A DNA stretch of 64,000 nt from an uncultured delta proteobacterium (GTDB lineage: Bacteria; Myxococcota; Kuafuiibacteriia; Kuafuiibacteriales; Kuafuiibacteriaceae). This document shows, piece after piece, positions 37,386 to 46,870 of this stretch. The translations under genes and the position numbers were made by a program. The notes under the pieces are model-generated. The model had not been told where the DNA came from, searched no databases, and saw only the letters and a program-made list of their open reading frames with translations. The stretch lies in the NCBI GenBank assembly GCA_963803435.1, contig CAWDML010000009.1:256001-320000 (forward strand), given 5' to 3'. Within the stretch, counting starts at the first letter, position 1, and each line of letters opens with the position of its first letter.

Positions 37386-40076
37386 ATGGAGAAGAGGGTT
37401 CTGTCCGCGTGTCGGACAGTCGGGATCGCCGTGCTCCTGTCGAGCTGGGCGTGCTCGGGATCGATCTCTTGCTCGGCGTGCGGCGGCGGTCCGCTCATGC
37501 CGATCCCGGGTGGCTTCGATCCTGCGGCACAGATCGAGCGTGCCGCGCAGGTGCGGGTGAGTCAGCGCGGCCTCGATTTCATCGAGTCCGAGTTCCAGGA
37601 TCTGGTGGGTTCGTACGTCGCGATGACGTGCGGCGGCACCGGCGATCTTCCCTGTCCGACCGGCTTCGTGACGGTGCCGGGCGGGGCCGCCAATCCCTCC
37701 AGCTGCGTCGCCGGTGAGTGCGTCGAGTCGGTCTCCGGCACGGCGGGTCCGTTGATCGGCTTCGAGATCGACCAGACGGTCCAGAGCGGCGCCACGATCT
37801 GTCGCGACGACCTCAACGATCCCAACAGGCGCGCCTGCTACGCCTATCTCCGCTTCGAGGGGTTGCAGCTTCAGCCGGTCGCGCCCGACCAGGTCCGGGC
37901 CACCATCACCGCACAGATCTACACGACCGGAATCCCGTTCCGTTACGACTCTCTGGGAATGGACTGCCTGGTCACGCTGAACTCCAACGCCGACGGCAGC
38001 CCGCTCCAGGACATCGTGGCCACCGCGCTGATCACCGAGTGGACGCCGCCTTCGGGCACCGGCGGCCGGCAGCTCGACATCCAGATCACCGCGGTCGACG
38101 CCAACATCCCCGACGCCGACGTCAACATCGTCCGCGATCCGGTCCACGGCGGCTTTGACGACGACATCACCTGCGGCATCGCCAACACCGGTCTGGTGAA
38201 GGGGATCCTGATCCCGCAGCTCACCGACTCGCTGGCGGGCGTGGTCGGCGACGAGATCGACAAGGTGACCGGCTGGCGTTGCAACGGGCCGAACACCGAG
38301 CCCTGCCCGGCGCAGACCTCGTGCAACGCCGACGACCTCTGCGAGGAGAACGCGAGCGGTGCGCTCGTGCCGGCGAAGATCGGCCTGGAAGGACGGCTGG
38401 ACCTGGGCTCGCTCCTGGCCGGCTTCTCGCCGGGACGGCCGGGGCAGGGCGACATCGACTTCCTCATCGGCGGTTCCTCCCCCGTGGACGCCGGCGGCCT
38501 GACGCTGGGCGCCCTGGGCGGCGCCGAGGTGGTCACGCCCGATCCGAGCTGCGCGCAGATCCTCCCCAGCCCGCGGCTTCGTCCCACGTTCGTGCCGCCG
38601 CCTGCGCTGCCTGCGGCCGACATGGTCGACCTCGACTTCGACGGCACGCCCGAGACCCCGTACATGGTCGCCGCCGGCCTCTCGGAGGCCCTCCTCGATC
38701 AGTACCTCTGGACCATCTACACCAGCGGCCTCTTCTGCATCGGCGTCTCGGCCTACGACGTCGACATCCTCAACACCGGGACGCTGTCGCTCCTGATGCC
38801 GTCGCTGGCGCAGCTCACGCACAACGACAAGTACCGGTGGGCGATCTACCCGGCGCGTATCTCGATGTTCCCGAACGCCGAGCCGCAGATCCGCTTCGGC
38901 TCCGGCCAGGTCTCCGGAGATCCGATGAACCCCGTGCTCGATGATCCGCTGATCCAGATCTCCTTCGACGACCTCCGGATCGCGTTCTTCGCTCAGGTCG
39001 AGGAGCGCTGGGTGCAGCTGATGGTGCTCCAGCTCGACGTGACCCTCGGGCTCGGCGTGATCATCACGCCCAACAACGAGGTCCAGCTGGTGCTCGGCGA
39101 TCTCGAGAACTCGATCTCCGACGTCCACGTGATGGAGCACGATCTTCTCGCCGAAGACACCGCCGATCTGGAGAACGCCGTGCCGGCGCTCCTCAACTTC
39201 GCGTTCGCGAACCTGACCGGCGTGCTGCCGACCGTGCCGCTCCCGACCGGCTCGGAGCTGGGCGGCTTCGGCCTGGATGTCCTCGGCGTGCGCGGGGTGG
39301 AGAACAACGGCACCTATCCGAACATCGCGGTCTACGCGGATCTCTCGTTCGACCCGAGCCTGGTCCCGAACCTGTCGCTCGCCGCGGAGACCTCGGCCGT
39401 GCTCTCGGAGCTCTCGATGCCGAGGCTCGAGGACATGGCGGTCGGACGGGGTGCTGCGCGTCCCCGGGTGGTGCTCGAGGTGGCGAGCGCGGTGCCGGCG
39501 GGGCAGCGCGCCGAGATTCAGTATCGGGTGGACGGCAGCCTTTGGACCCCCTTCATTCCGCTGGATCCCGAGCAACCGCAGCTGGTGCTGTCGCGGCCCG
39601 AGCTCTCGGTGCAGGGGCGGCATCGGATCGAGGTCCGCTCGCGTGTGGCCGGCCAGTATCGAACGCTCGATCCCACGCCTGCGGTGGTGGACGTCCTGAT
39701 CGATCCCCAGCCGCCCGAGCTCTGGGCGCGCCTGGTGGACGGCGGCGTCGAAGTCCGCGCCTTCGACGTGGTGGGCAGCGTTCACTTCGAGCTCGGCCTC
39801 GACGGCGTGTTCGAAGCAGTGACGCCGGTCGACGACTTCGTGGCCGCCGCCATCGGCCCTGGCCGCTCGGTGGTCATCGCCGCCATCGACGACGCGGGCA
39901 ATCGCACCGAGGTTCGGTTGTCCGAGGCGGCTCCGGAGGCCTCCTCGTCGGATCCTGCGCCCGAGTCGGCGGTCGGCTGTGTCTGCGCCGCGCCCGGGCC
40001 CGGCGGTCCGGGCGCGCTGATCGCGCTTCTCGCGATCGGCCTGGTGGTCGCGCTTTCACGGCGCCGGCGGGGTTGA
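37386..40076 (+). CDS. Large Cys-rich surface lipoprotein with MYXO-CTERM-like tail; possible BPI/LBP-like fold
   Basis: Lipobox-like SWAC; C-terminal GCVC..hydrophobic helix..RRRRG; VRVSQRGLDFI motif. Confidence 0.75.
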   Translation: MEKRVLSACRTVGIAVLLSSWACSGSISCSACGGGPLMPIPGGFDPAAQIERAAQVRVSQRGLDFIESEFQDLVGSYVAMTCGGTGDLPCPTGFVTVPGGAANPSSCVAGECVESVSGTAGPLIGFEIDQTVQSGATICRDDLNDPNRRACYAYLRFEGLQLQPVAPDQVRATITAQIYTTGIPFRYDSLGMDCLVTLNSNADGSPLQDIVATALITEWTPPSGTGGRQLDIQITAVDANIPDADVNIVRDPVHGGFDDDITCGIANTGLVKGILIPQLTDSLAGVVGDEIDKVTGWRCNGPNTEPCPAQTSCNADDLCEENASGALVPAKIGLEGRLDLGSLLAGFSPGRPGQGDIDFLIGGSSPVDAGGLTLGALGGAEVVTPDPSCAQILPSPRLRPTFVPPPALPAADMVDLDFDGTPETPYMVAAGLSEALLDQYLWTIYTSGLFCIGVSAYDVDILNTGTLSLLMPSLAQLTHNDKYRWAIYPARISMFPNAEPQIRFGSGQVSGDPMNPVLDDPLIQISFDDLRIAFFAQVEERWVQLMVLQLDVTLGLGVIITPNNEVQLVLGDLENSISDVHVMEHDLLAEDTADLENAVPALLNFAFANLTGVLPTVPLPTGSELGGFGLDVLGVRGVENNGTYPNIAVYADLSFDPSLVPNLSLAAETSAVLSELSMPRLEDMAVGRGAARPRVVLEVASAVPAGQRAEIQYRVDGSLWTPFIPLDPEQPQLVLSRPELSVQGRHRIEVRSRVAGQYRTLDPTPAVVDVLIDPQPPELWARLVDGGVEVRAFDVVGSVHFELGLDGVFEAVTPVDDFVAAAIGPGRSVVIAAIDDAGNRTEVRLSEAAPEASSSDPAPESAVGCVCAAPGPGGPGALIALLAIGLVVALSRRRRG

Positions 40077-40077
40077 C

Positions 40078-41535
40078 CTGAAGAAGCTGCTGCTGGCGCT
40101 GGTCGCAAGCCTGCTGGCACTCACCGGCGTGCTCCTGGTGCGAGCGTCGAGGTTCACGCTCGCGCAGCCGCCGGTGGCGCCGCTCGCGCCCCTCGCCCTC
40201 GACGAGACGGCGGCCGTCGCGCAGCTGGCAGGCGCGCTCCGGATCCCGACCGTCAGCCGCGGCGACCCGCCCCACCGCGACCCGGCGGCGTTCGAGGCGC
40301 TGCACGCGCACCTCCGGGCGTCGTTCCCGCTGACCTTCACGCGGCTGTCGACCGAGGCGGTCGGCCAGTTCGGGCTCCTCTTCACCTGGAAGGGGACCGA
40401 TCCCTCGAAGAGGCCGATCCTGTTGATGGCGCACCAGGACGTGGTGCCCGTCGACGAGCCCTCGGCCTGGACGCACCCGCCGTTCGCGGGCGAGCTCGCC
40501 GACGGCTACCTGTGGGGACGCGGCGCGCTCGACGTGAAGTCGGGCCTCATCGGGATCCTGCAGGCCACGGAGCAGCTCGCCCGCGAGGGCTTCACGCCCG
40601 CGCGCACGCTCTACCTCGCGTTCGGACACGACGAGGAGATCGGCGGCGAGGACGGCGCCAAGCAGATCGCCCACCTTCTCGAGAGCCGCGGCGTCCGGCT
40701 GGAGATGGTGCTCGACGAGGGCGCGGCCATCGTCGAGGGCGTGGTCCCCGACGTCTCGGTGCCTGTCGCCCTGATCGGCGTCGTCGAGAAGGGCTACCTG
40801 AGCCTCGAGCTGTCCACCAAGACCGAGGGCGGCCACTCGTCGATGCCGCCCGCCCGCACCGCGATCGGCCGCATCGCCGCTGCGGTGGCCCGGGTGGAGA
40901 GCGACCCGTTCCCTCCGCGGCTCGCCCCGTTCACGCCGTTCCTCGACTACGTCGGTCCCAAGATGCCCTTCGCCAAGCGGATCGTGTTCGCGAACATGTG
41001 GCTGTTCGAGCCGCTGGTGGCCCGTCTGCTCTCGGCGAAGCCGACCACCGCCGCCAGCATCCACACCACCACCGCGCCGACGATCTTCCGCGCCGGCGTC
41101 AAGGACAACGTCCTCCCGCACCAGGCCAGCGCCGTGATCAACTTCCGGATCATCCCCGGTGAGACGCCGGAGACGGTGACCGCCCGCGTGCGCGCGCTCG
41201 TCGACGATCCCGAGATCGACATCCGCCCCTACGGTGGATTCGGCACCGCGCCCTCGCCGATCTCCAGCACGCAGTCCGAGGCCTACCGCGCCCTCGCCGA
41301 GACTATCCGCCGCGTCTATCCCGACCCGAACCTCGTGGTGGCGCCCTCCCTCGTGGTCGGTGCCACCGACTCCCGCTACTTCCAGCCGATCGCCGACGAC
41401 GTCTATCGCTTCCTGTTCGTGCACCTGGGCCCCGACGACATCCCGCGGATCCACGGGACCGACGAGCGCATCTCGGTCGAGAACCACCTCCAGGCGATCC
41501 GGTTCTACTACGCGCTGATCCAGCGGATGCAGTGA
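40078..41535 (+). CDS. M20 family peptidase (carboxypeptidase S/PM20D1-like); start codon uncertain
   Basis: AHQDVVP, GRGALDVK, GHDEE, LDEG, GATDSR, IHGTDE. Confidence 0.9.
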   Translation: MKKLLLALVASLLALTGVLLVRASRFTLAQPPVAPLAPLALDETAAVAQLAGALRIPTVSRGDPPHRDPAAFEALHAHLRASFPLTFTRLSTEAVGQFGLLFTWKGTDPSKRPILLMAHQDVVPVDEPSAWTHPPFAGELADGYLWGRGALDVKSGLIGILQATEQLAREGFTPARTLYLAFGHDEEIGGEDGAKQIAHLLESRGVRLEMVLDEGAAIVEGVVPDVSVPVALIGVVEKGYLSLELSTKTEGGHSSMPPARTAIGRIAAAVARVESDPFPPRLAPFTPFLDYVGPKMPFAKRIVFANMWLFEPLVARLLSAKPTTAASIHTTTAPTIFRAGVKDNVLPHQASAVINFRIIPGETPETVTARVRALVDDPEIDIRPYGGFGTAPSPISSTQSEAYRALAETIRRVYPDPNLVVAPSLVVGATDSRYFQPIADDVYRFLFVHLGPDDIPRIHGTDERISVENHLQAIRFYYALIQRMQ

Positions 41536-42318
41536 TCAGGGCGTCCGGAGCGCGCGGACGTCGGCGATGAGCTGTGCCAGGTAGATCGCCGCCATCCGCT
41601 GGCCCTTCTCGCGCGTCGCCAGCGTCGCGTCTCCGAACACGCCGGTCGGCGAGTAGGTCTTGCTGCTGCTCTCCACCCGCGTCAGCCCTGGCTTGGGGAC
41701 CGGATCGTAGTCCTTGACCGCCTTGCTCATGTCCACGCGTTCCGGCGCGAGGTAGAGCATCAGCGAGGTCTCGATCTCGTCCGCGTGCGTGCCGCCCTCC
41801 TGCTGAGCGATGGCCTTGCTCGCTTCCTCCATCGAGTCGAGGTTCGTGTAGCGCATGGTGATCCCGTCGTGCTCCAGGATGGCCTGAGAGAGCGCCAGCG
41901 CCTTCACGGTGGAGACACCGGTGTTCAGCACGTAGAAGCGACGCGGCCCGTAGGCGGCCAGGCTCCGCACCACGTCCACCACCAGGTCGCGCGCCGTCTC
42001 CAGGCGCAGCGTGATCGAGCCCGGGTACTCAGTGAACGCCGGGTAGTAGTGGGCCGTGATCACCGGCGCCGCCACCACGTTCTCCTCTTCGAGCAATCGA
42101 TCGCGGAACCACTTCGCGAGCACCTCATCGTTGTTCAACCGAAGGTGCGGTCCGTGCTCCTTCGATCCGGCGCCCAACGGGATCACGACGATCGCGTCCT
42201 TCGTCAGCACCCGCTCCGCCTCCTGCCAGGTCAGATCCTCCAGCAGCACACCCTTCATCGGCTTCTCCGATCTGCAAGCTACGTTGCAAAACGCCAGCGC
42301 CAGCACCATCGAACGCAT
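41536..42318 (-). CDS. Creatininase-family protein
   Basis: IPLGAGSKEHGPHL, THADEIETS, SPTGVFGD..ATREKG. Confidence 0.88.
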   Translation of the reverse strand: MRSMVLALAFCNVACRSEKPMKGVLLEDLTWQEAERVLTKDAIVVIPLGAGSKEHGPHLRLNNDEVLAKWFRDRLLEEENVVAAPVITAHYYPAFTEYPGSITLRLETARDLVVDVVRSLAAYGPRRFYVLNTGVSTVKALALSQAILEHDGITMRYTNLDSMEEASKAIAQQEGGTHADEIETSLMLYLAPERVDMSKAVKDYDPVPKPGLTRVESSSKTYSPTGVFGDATLATREKGQRMAAIYLAQLIADVRALRTP

Positions 42319-42401
42319 CCCCTCTCATACCCCCGCGACCAAAAATTTGCGGGATGGATCACACCAGGGCACAGTGCGCACATCACCGTTCGGAGGATCA
42401 C

Positions 42402-42941
42402 ATGAGCTACCGTCTTACCATCGCCGCTTTCGCCCTATTTTCCGTGGCTTGTGCCAAGAAGACCGAGCCCCGGCACGACCTCGATCGGATGCGCGCGCAG
42501 GCCCGCTACGTGGCCATGCAGCAGCTCGCCGACAACTTCGAGCGCGTCTACTTCGAGTTCGACTCGGCGCTCCTGACCCCCGAGAGCCGGAACGCCCTGG
42601 CCGACAATGTCGAGATCATGAACCACTTCCCCGAGATCAGCGTCGAGGTCGAGGGGCACTGCGACGATCGCGGGAGCGTCGAGTACAACCTGGCGCTCGG
42701 CGAGCGGCGCGCGAACGCGATCCGTCGCTACATGGTGACCGCCGGCCTCCCCGAGGCCAACATCACCACCATCTCCTACGGCGAGGAGCGCCCGCTGATC
42801 GAGGGAGAGACCGACGAGGCCTACCGCAAGAACCGTCGCGCCGAGTTCCGTCTCGCTGTCGCCGACCCGCGCGTGAAGGGCAGCGTCGCCGAGATCGAGG
42901 TCGGCGGCCGCGAAGGCGCCCTGGCCGCGCTCCGCCGCTAG
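42402..42941 (+). CDS. Pal/OmpA-family peptidoglycan-binding lipoprotein
   Basis: RBS GGAGG; lipobox SVAC; [37 protein letters not shown]. Confidence 0.88.
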   Translation: MSYRLTIAAFALFSVACAKKTEPRHDLDRMRAQARYVAMQQLADNFERVYFEFDSALLTPESRNALADNVEIMNHFPEISVEVEGHCDDRGSVEYNLALGERRANAIRRYMVTAGLPEANITTISYGEERPLIEGETDEAYRKNRRAEFRLAVADPRVKGSVAEIEVGGREGALAALRR

Positions 42942-44395
42942 ATCGTCCGCCCTGGTCTGCGGCGCGCGTGATCGGTCGCGGCCTCGAACGCCTGCGCGAT
43001 CCGGAGGATCTTCGCCTCCTCGAAGTGCCCCCCGAGCAGCTGCAGCCCCACGGGGAGCCCGTCCTTCGTGAACCCGGCCGGGACCGACAGCCCGCAATGT
43101 CCCGACAGGTTGGCCGACACCGTGTAGACGTCCGCCAGGTACATCGCGAGCGGGTCGTCGAGCTTCTCGCCCAGCGCGAACGCAGGCGTGGGATAGACCG
43201 GCGTGGCGATCGCGTCGACCTTGGAGAACGCCTCCGCGAAGTCGCGCCGGATCAGTGTGCGGACCCGCTGCGCGCGGCCGTAGTACGCGTCGTAGTAGCC
43301 GGCCGAGAGCACGTAGGTGCCGAGGATGATGCGCCGCCGCACCTCCGGCCCGAACCCGTGGGCGCGTGAAGCGGCGTACATGCGGCGCAGCTCCGTCTCC
43401 GGCTCCCGGGCGCCGTAGCGGACGCCGTCGTACCGCGCCAGGTTGGAGGAGGCCTCGGCGGTGCAGATGACGTAGTAGGTCGCGACCGCGTACTTCGTGT
43501 GGGGCAGGGCGATCGGCACCACCGAGGCGCCGAGCCCACGCAGCGTCTCGATGGCCTCGCGGACGACGCGCTCCACCTCCGGCGAGAGCCCGGCGGCGAA
43601 GAGTGCCTCCGGCACGCCGATCGATAGGCCGGCCACACCGCCGTCGAGGGCTTCGAGGTAGCTCGGTACGGGCGCGTCGGCCGACGTGGAGTCGCGCGCG
43701 TCGTGACCCGCGATCGCCTGCAGCAGGTGGGCGATGTCGTGGGCCGAGCGGCCGAAGGGGCCCACCTGATCGAGCGACGAGGCGAACGCGATGACGCCGA
43801 ACCGCGAGACGCGGCCGTAGGTGGGCTTGAGGCCGTAGACGCCCGAGAACGAGGCCGGCTGTCGGATCGAGCCGCCGGTGTCCGTCCCCAGCGCGCCGAA
43901 CACCTGGCCTGCGGCCACCGCTGCGGCGCTGCCTCCCGAGGAGCCGCCGGGCACGCGCTCCGGATCCCACGGGTTCAGCACCGGACCGAAGCTCGACCAT
44001 TCCGTGGAGGACCCCATCGCGAACTCGTCGAGGTTGGTCTTTCCGATGATGACCGCGCCCGCCTCGGCGAGGCGCCGCGCCATCGTGCCTTGATACGGCG
44101 GGATCCAGCCCTTCAGGATCTGCGAGCCGGCCGAGGTCGCGATCCCCTCGGTCACCAGCATGTCCTTGAGCGCCAGCGGGACGCCGTCGAGGGGTCCCAG
44201 CCGCTGTCCGCGTCCGGCGCGTCGGTCGGCGGCCTCGGCGGAGGCCATCGCGCCGCGGGCGTCCACGGTGAGGAAGGCGTTGAACGCGTCGGTCCGGGAG
44301 AGACACAGCTCGGTCACCTCGCGGCTCGTCAGCTCGCGCGCTGCCAGGCGATCCGACACCTCGCTCAGCGTCAGCTCGTGGATCGGCGTGCTCAC
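42938..44395 (-). CDS. gatA: Asp/Glu-tRNA amidotransferase subunit A
   Basis: [53 protein letters not shown]. Confidence 0.96.
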   Translation of the reverse strand: MSTPIHELTLSEVSDRLAARELTSREVTELCLSRTDAFNAFLTVDARGAMASAEAADRRAGRGQRLGPLDGVPLALKDMLVTEGIATSAGSQILKGWIPPYQGTMARRLAEAGAVIIGKTNLDEFAMGSSTEWSSFGPVLNPWDPERVPGGSSGGSAAAVAAGQVFGALGTDTGGSIRQPASFSGVYGLKPTYGRVSRFGVIAFASSLDQVGPFGRSAHDIAHLLQAIAGHDARDSTSADAPVPSYLEALDGGVAGLSIGVPEALFAAGLSPEVERVVREAIETLRGLGASVVPIALPHTKYAVATYYVICTAEASSNLARYDGVRYGAREPETELRRMYAASRAHGFGPEVRRRIILGTYVLSAGYYDAYYGRAQRVRTLIRRDFAEAFSKVDAIATPVYPTPAFALGEKLDDPLAMYLADVYTVSANLSGHCGLSVPAGFTKDGLPVGLQLLGGHFEEAKILRIAQAFEAATDHARRRPGRTI

Positions 44396-44734
44396 TCGAC
44401 GATCCTCGGGACCCGCACCGCACCTCCCGAACGGGCCGGCGCGCCCTCCAAGAGGCGCTCGGGATCGATCCCCTCGTCCGTCCGATCGGGACGCATCGCA
44501 GGCGGCAGCGGGACGCCGTGGCTGGTCGGCTCCACCCCGGAGACGTCGACTTCCTCGAGCTGTTTCACATGCTCCAGGATTCTGGGTGATGTCGGCCGCC
44601 AGCCGCCGCAGCGTCTCGTCGTCGATGAGGTGCGCGTCAGGCTCGACCCAGCGGCCGTCGCGATCCTTCACCCGTGGATGTTCCAGATGGGCCAGCCGGG
44701 CGACCCGGCGGACCTCCGCTTCGTCGATGGCCAT
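44392..44734 (-). CDS. gatC: Asp/Glu-tRNA amidotransferase subunit C (frameshift near 44580)
   Basis: [10 protein letters not shown]; repaired [27 protein letters not shown]; GTGA overlap with gatA. Confidence 0.88.
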
Positions 44735-44737
44735 GGC

Positions 44738-46846
44738 TCACCTCTTCTCCGACCGGAGCCGCGCCAGCGTGCGCTCCGCGGTGGTCCGGTCCAGACCCGA
44801 GGGCGCCCGCGCCAGAAACTCCTCGTAGGCGTCGATCGCCTTGGGTGTCTCGCCCATGGCGCGATACGACTCGGCGAGCCCGTAGTACGCCATCGAATAC
44901 TTGTCGTTGGCGCGGATCGCGCGATCGAAGGAGGCGAGGGCGAGCTGGGGCCGATCCAGATCGAGGAAGCACCACCCCTTCCCCGTGTGGGGCTCCGCCG
45001 AGTAGGGTTTGAGCTCCGCGGCGCGTCCGTACGCGTTGAGCGCCGCCTTCGTGCGGTCGCGCTCGCGCAGGCCGTCGGCCCGCGCCATCCACCACTCGAA
45101 CGTGTCCGGGTGCTCGGTGGGCTCGCTGTCCGGATCGGGTGCCTTGTGCTCGGCGGGCGGCGGGGGCGGCGGCGCCTTCGTCTCGGTGGGCTTGTCCAGC
45201 GCTGCGGCGGCCGCCAGCAGCCTCTTGGCCTCTTCGTGGGCGGGGGCGGTGGCCAGCACGCGGTCGAGCTCCACCTTGGCGCTCGCCGGATCGGCCTGGG
45301 CGAGGGCGATCCGCGCCAGGAGCACGCGCGCGCAGTTCATCGTCGGCCGGGCGGTGACCGCCTGCTCGAGCAGACCCTTGGCCTCGGGGAGGCCCCCCGC
45401 GTCGGGGCTGGCCGGATCGACGAGGGCCGCGCTGGCCTCCAGATAGAGCGTGGCCGGATCGACCCGCCCCACGTCCATGCCCGCCTTCGCCTTGACGATC
45501 GCGCGCTGGTAGTCGTCGGTGTCCTTCTGCAGCAGGTGGTAGGCGGCCAGCGCCCGCGCGGTCTCCTGCGCCTCGGGCGCGCGGCTCTGGGCGGACGTCG
45601 CCACCGTGAAGGCCACGTCGAGGAGCGGCTCGGCGAGCCTCTTCTTCGCCTCGGCTTCGGCGAGCAGCGGCTTCGGATCGGCCTTCTGCTTCTCGAGCGC
45701 AGCCGCGGCCACCTCCAGATCCTTCGCCCACCTTCGGTACGCGGCGGCCTGCACCACGAGCACGCGGGCGCGCTCCGCGGCGATCACCGGGTCGCCATGC
45801 CGCATCTGCTCGGCCTTCTCCAGGAGCCCCGCGGCCTTCTGGAGGCTGGGGAGCGTGTCGAGATCGGCAGACGCCTCCGCCTCCTCGACCAGCCGGGTGG
45901 CGCCGTCGTCGACCGGATGGCCGGCGGTCAGCCCGTATTGGACGGCCAGGCCCATGACCGGGTTGCCCTCGGGACCGTACTTCGCGACGGCGATCGCACC
46001 GCCGAGCGCCGCCGTCACCACCAGCAGCGCGACCCACCCGAGGGTCTTGAGCCGCTGCGAGCGCTCGAAGCGGGCCACGATGTCGCTCTTGCTGGTGTCG
46101 CTCGGATCGTCGTCGATGCGGATGCTGAGGTCCGGGATCGCCGCGGGCTGGGGCCGGTGATTCGGCTTGGAGACCGGGGCGTTGTTCCTGGCGTTCGGCG
46201 GTGAGAACGCCTGTGCGCCCATGCCATTGCCGGGGAGCATCGGGCTGTCGTGGCGCGGCATCGGCGCGGTGCTGGCCACCGGGACCGGCATGGTCCCGCG
46301 CAGCGCCTGGACGCTGCCGGTGTGGGCGGGCGCGGTCGGCAGCGACACGGACGACGAGTAGCTCGGTGGGAGCGTCGGGACGCCCGGGTTCGAGGTGGGC
46401 TGAGGCTGGGGGATCGGGTTGGCGGCGCTGAGGACCTCGCTCCCCCGGAGCTCGATCTGGCTCTGATCCATCAACGTGTTCAGGGTGCGGGCCTTCTCGT
46501 ATACTGAAAAGAACGGCTCGAGCTCCATGATGTTGCCGAGCCGCTTCCAGGTCTCCCCGTTCTTCGAGATCTCGTCGTCCCGGCCGATCCGGCCCTCCAC
46601 GATCCACTTCTGGAGCGTGGTCAGCTCTCGAAACGCGATCATCTGACTATCCGGCTTGCGGACCAGCCACTCCTTGCCTTGGGGCCCCTTACCTATCGAG
46701 GTGGTCGCCCGCGGGGGCGGGATGCGCGCCCGGCGCACCTTGAATACGAAGCCGCAGGCGGTACATTTGACCGTCACGCCGTTGGCGCCGATCCGGTTCT
46801 CGTCGAACTCGTACTCGGTGCCGCACTTCTCGCAGCGAACGTCCAT
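44738..46846 (-). CDS. Zinc-ribbon/GYF-like, single TM, TPR protein
   Basis: CEKC..CTAC ribbon, WLVRK..LQKWIVEG..W domain, Pro-rich linker, TM, TPRs. Confidence 0.82.
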   Translation of the reverse strand: MDVRCEKCGTEYEFDENRIGANGVTVKCTACGFVFKVRRARIPPPRATTSIGKGPQGKEWLVRKPDSQMIAFRELTTLQKWIVEGRIGRDDEISKNGETWKRLGNIMELEPFFSVYEKARTLNTLMDQSQIELRGSEVLSAANPIPQPQPTSNPGVPTLPPSYSSSVSLPTAPAHTGSVQALRGTMPVPVASTAPMPRHDSPMLPGNGMGAQAFSPPNARNNAPVSKPNHRPQPAAIPDLSIRIDDDPSDTSKSDIVARFERSQRLKTLGWVALLVVTAALGGAIAVAKYGPEGNPVMGLAVQYGLTAGHPVDDGATRLVEEAEASADLDTLPSLQKAAGLLEKAEQMRHGDPVIAAERARVLVVQAAAYRRWAKDLEVAAAALEKQKADPKPLLAEAEAKKRLAEPLLDVAFTVATSAQSRAPEAQETARALAAYHLLQKDTDDYQRAIVKAKAGMDVGRVDPATLYLEASAALVDPASPDAGGLPEAKGLLEQAVTARPTMNCARVLLARIALAQADPASAKVELDRVLATAPAHEEAKRLLAAAAALDKPTETKAPPPPPPAEHKAPDPDSEPTEHPDTFEWWMARADGLRERDRTKAALNAYGRAAELKPYSAEPHTGKGWCFLDLDRPQLALASFDRAIRANDKYSMAYYGLAESYRAMGETPKAIDAYEEFLARAPSGLDRTTAERTLARLRSEKR

Positions 46847-46870
46847 GAACAGCTAGCGGTGCGAAACGTA

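Noticed and set aside
42938-44734. Apparent GatC-GatA fusion (598 aa)
   Set aside because: Caused by one extra base at 44578-44582; repair restores a normal GatC ending in a GTGA overlap
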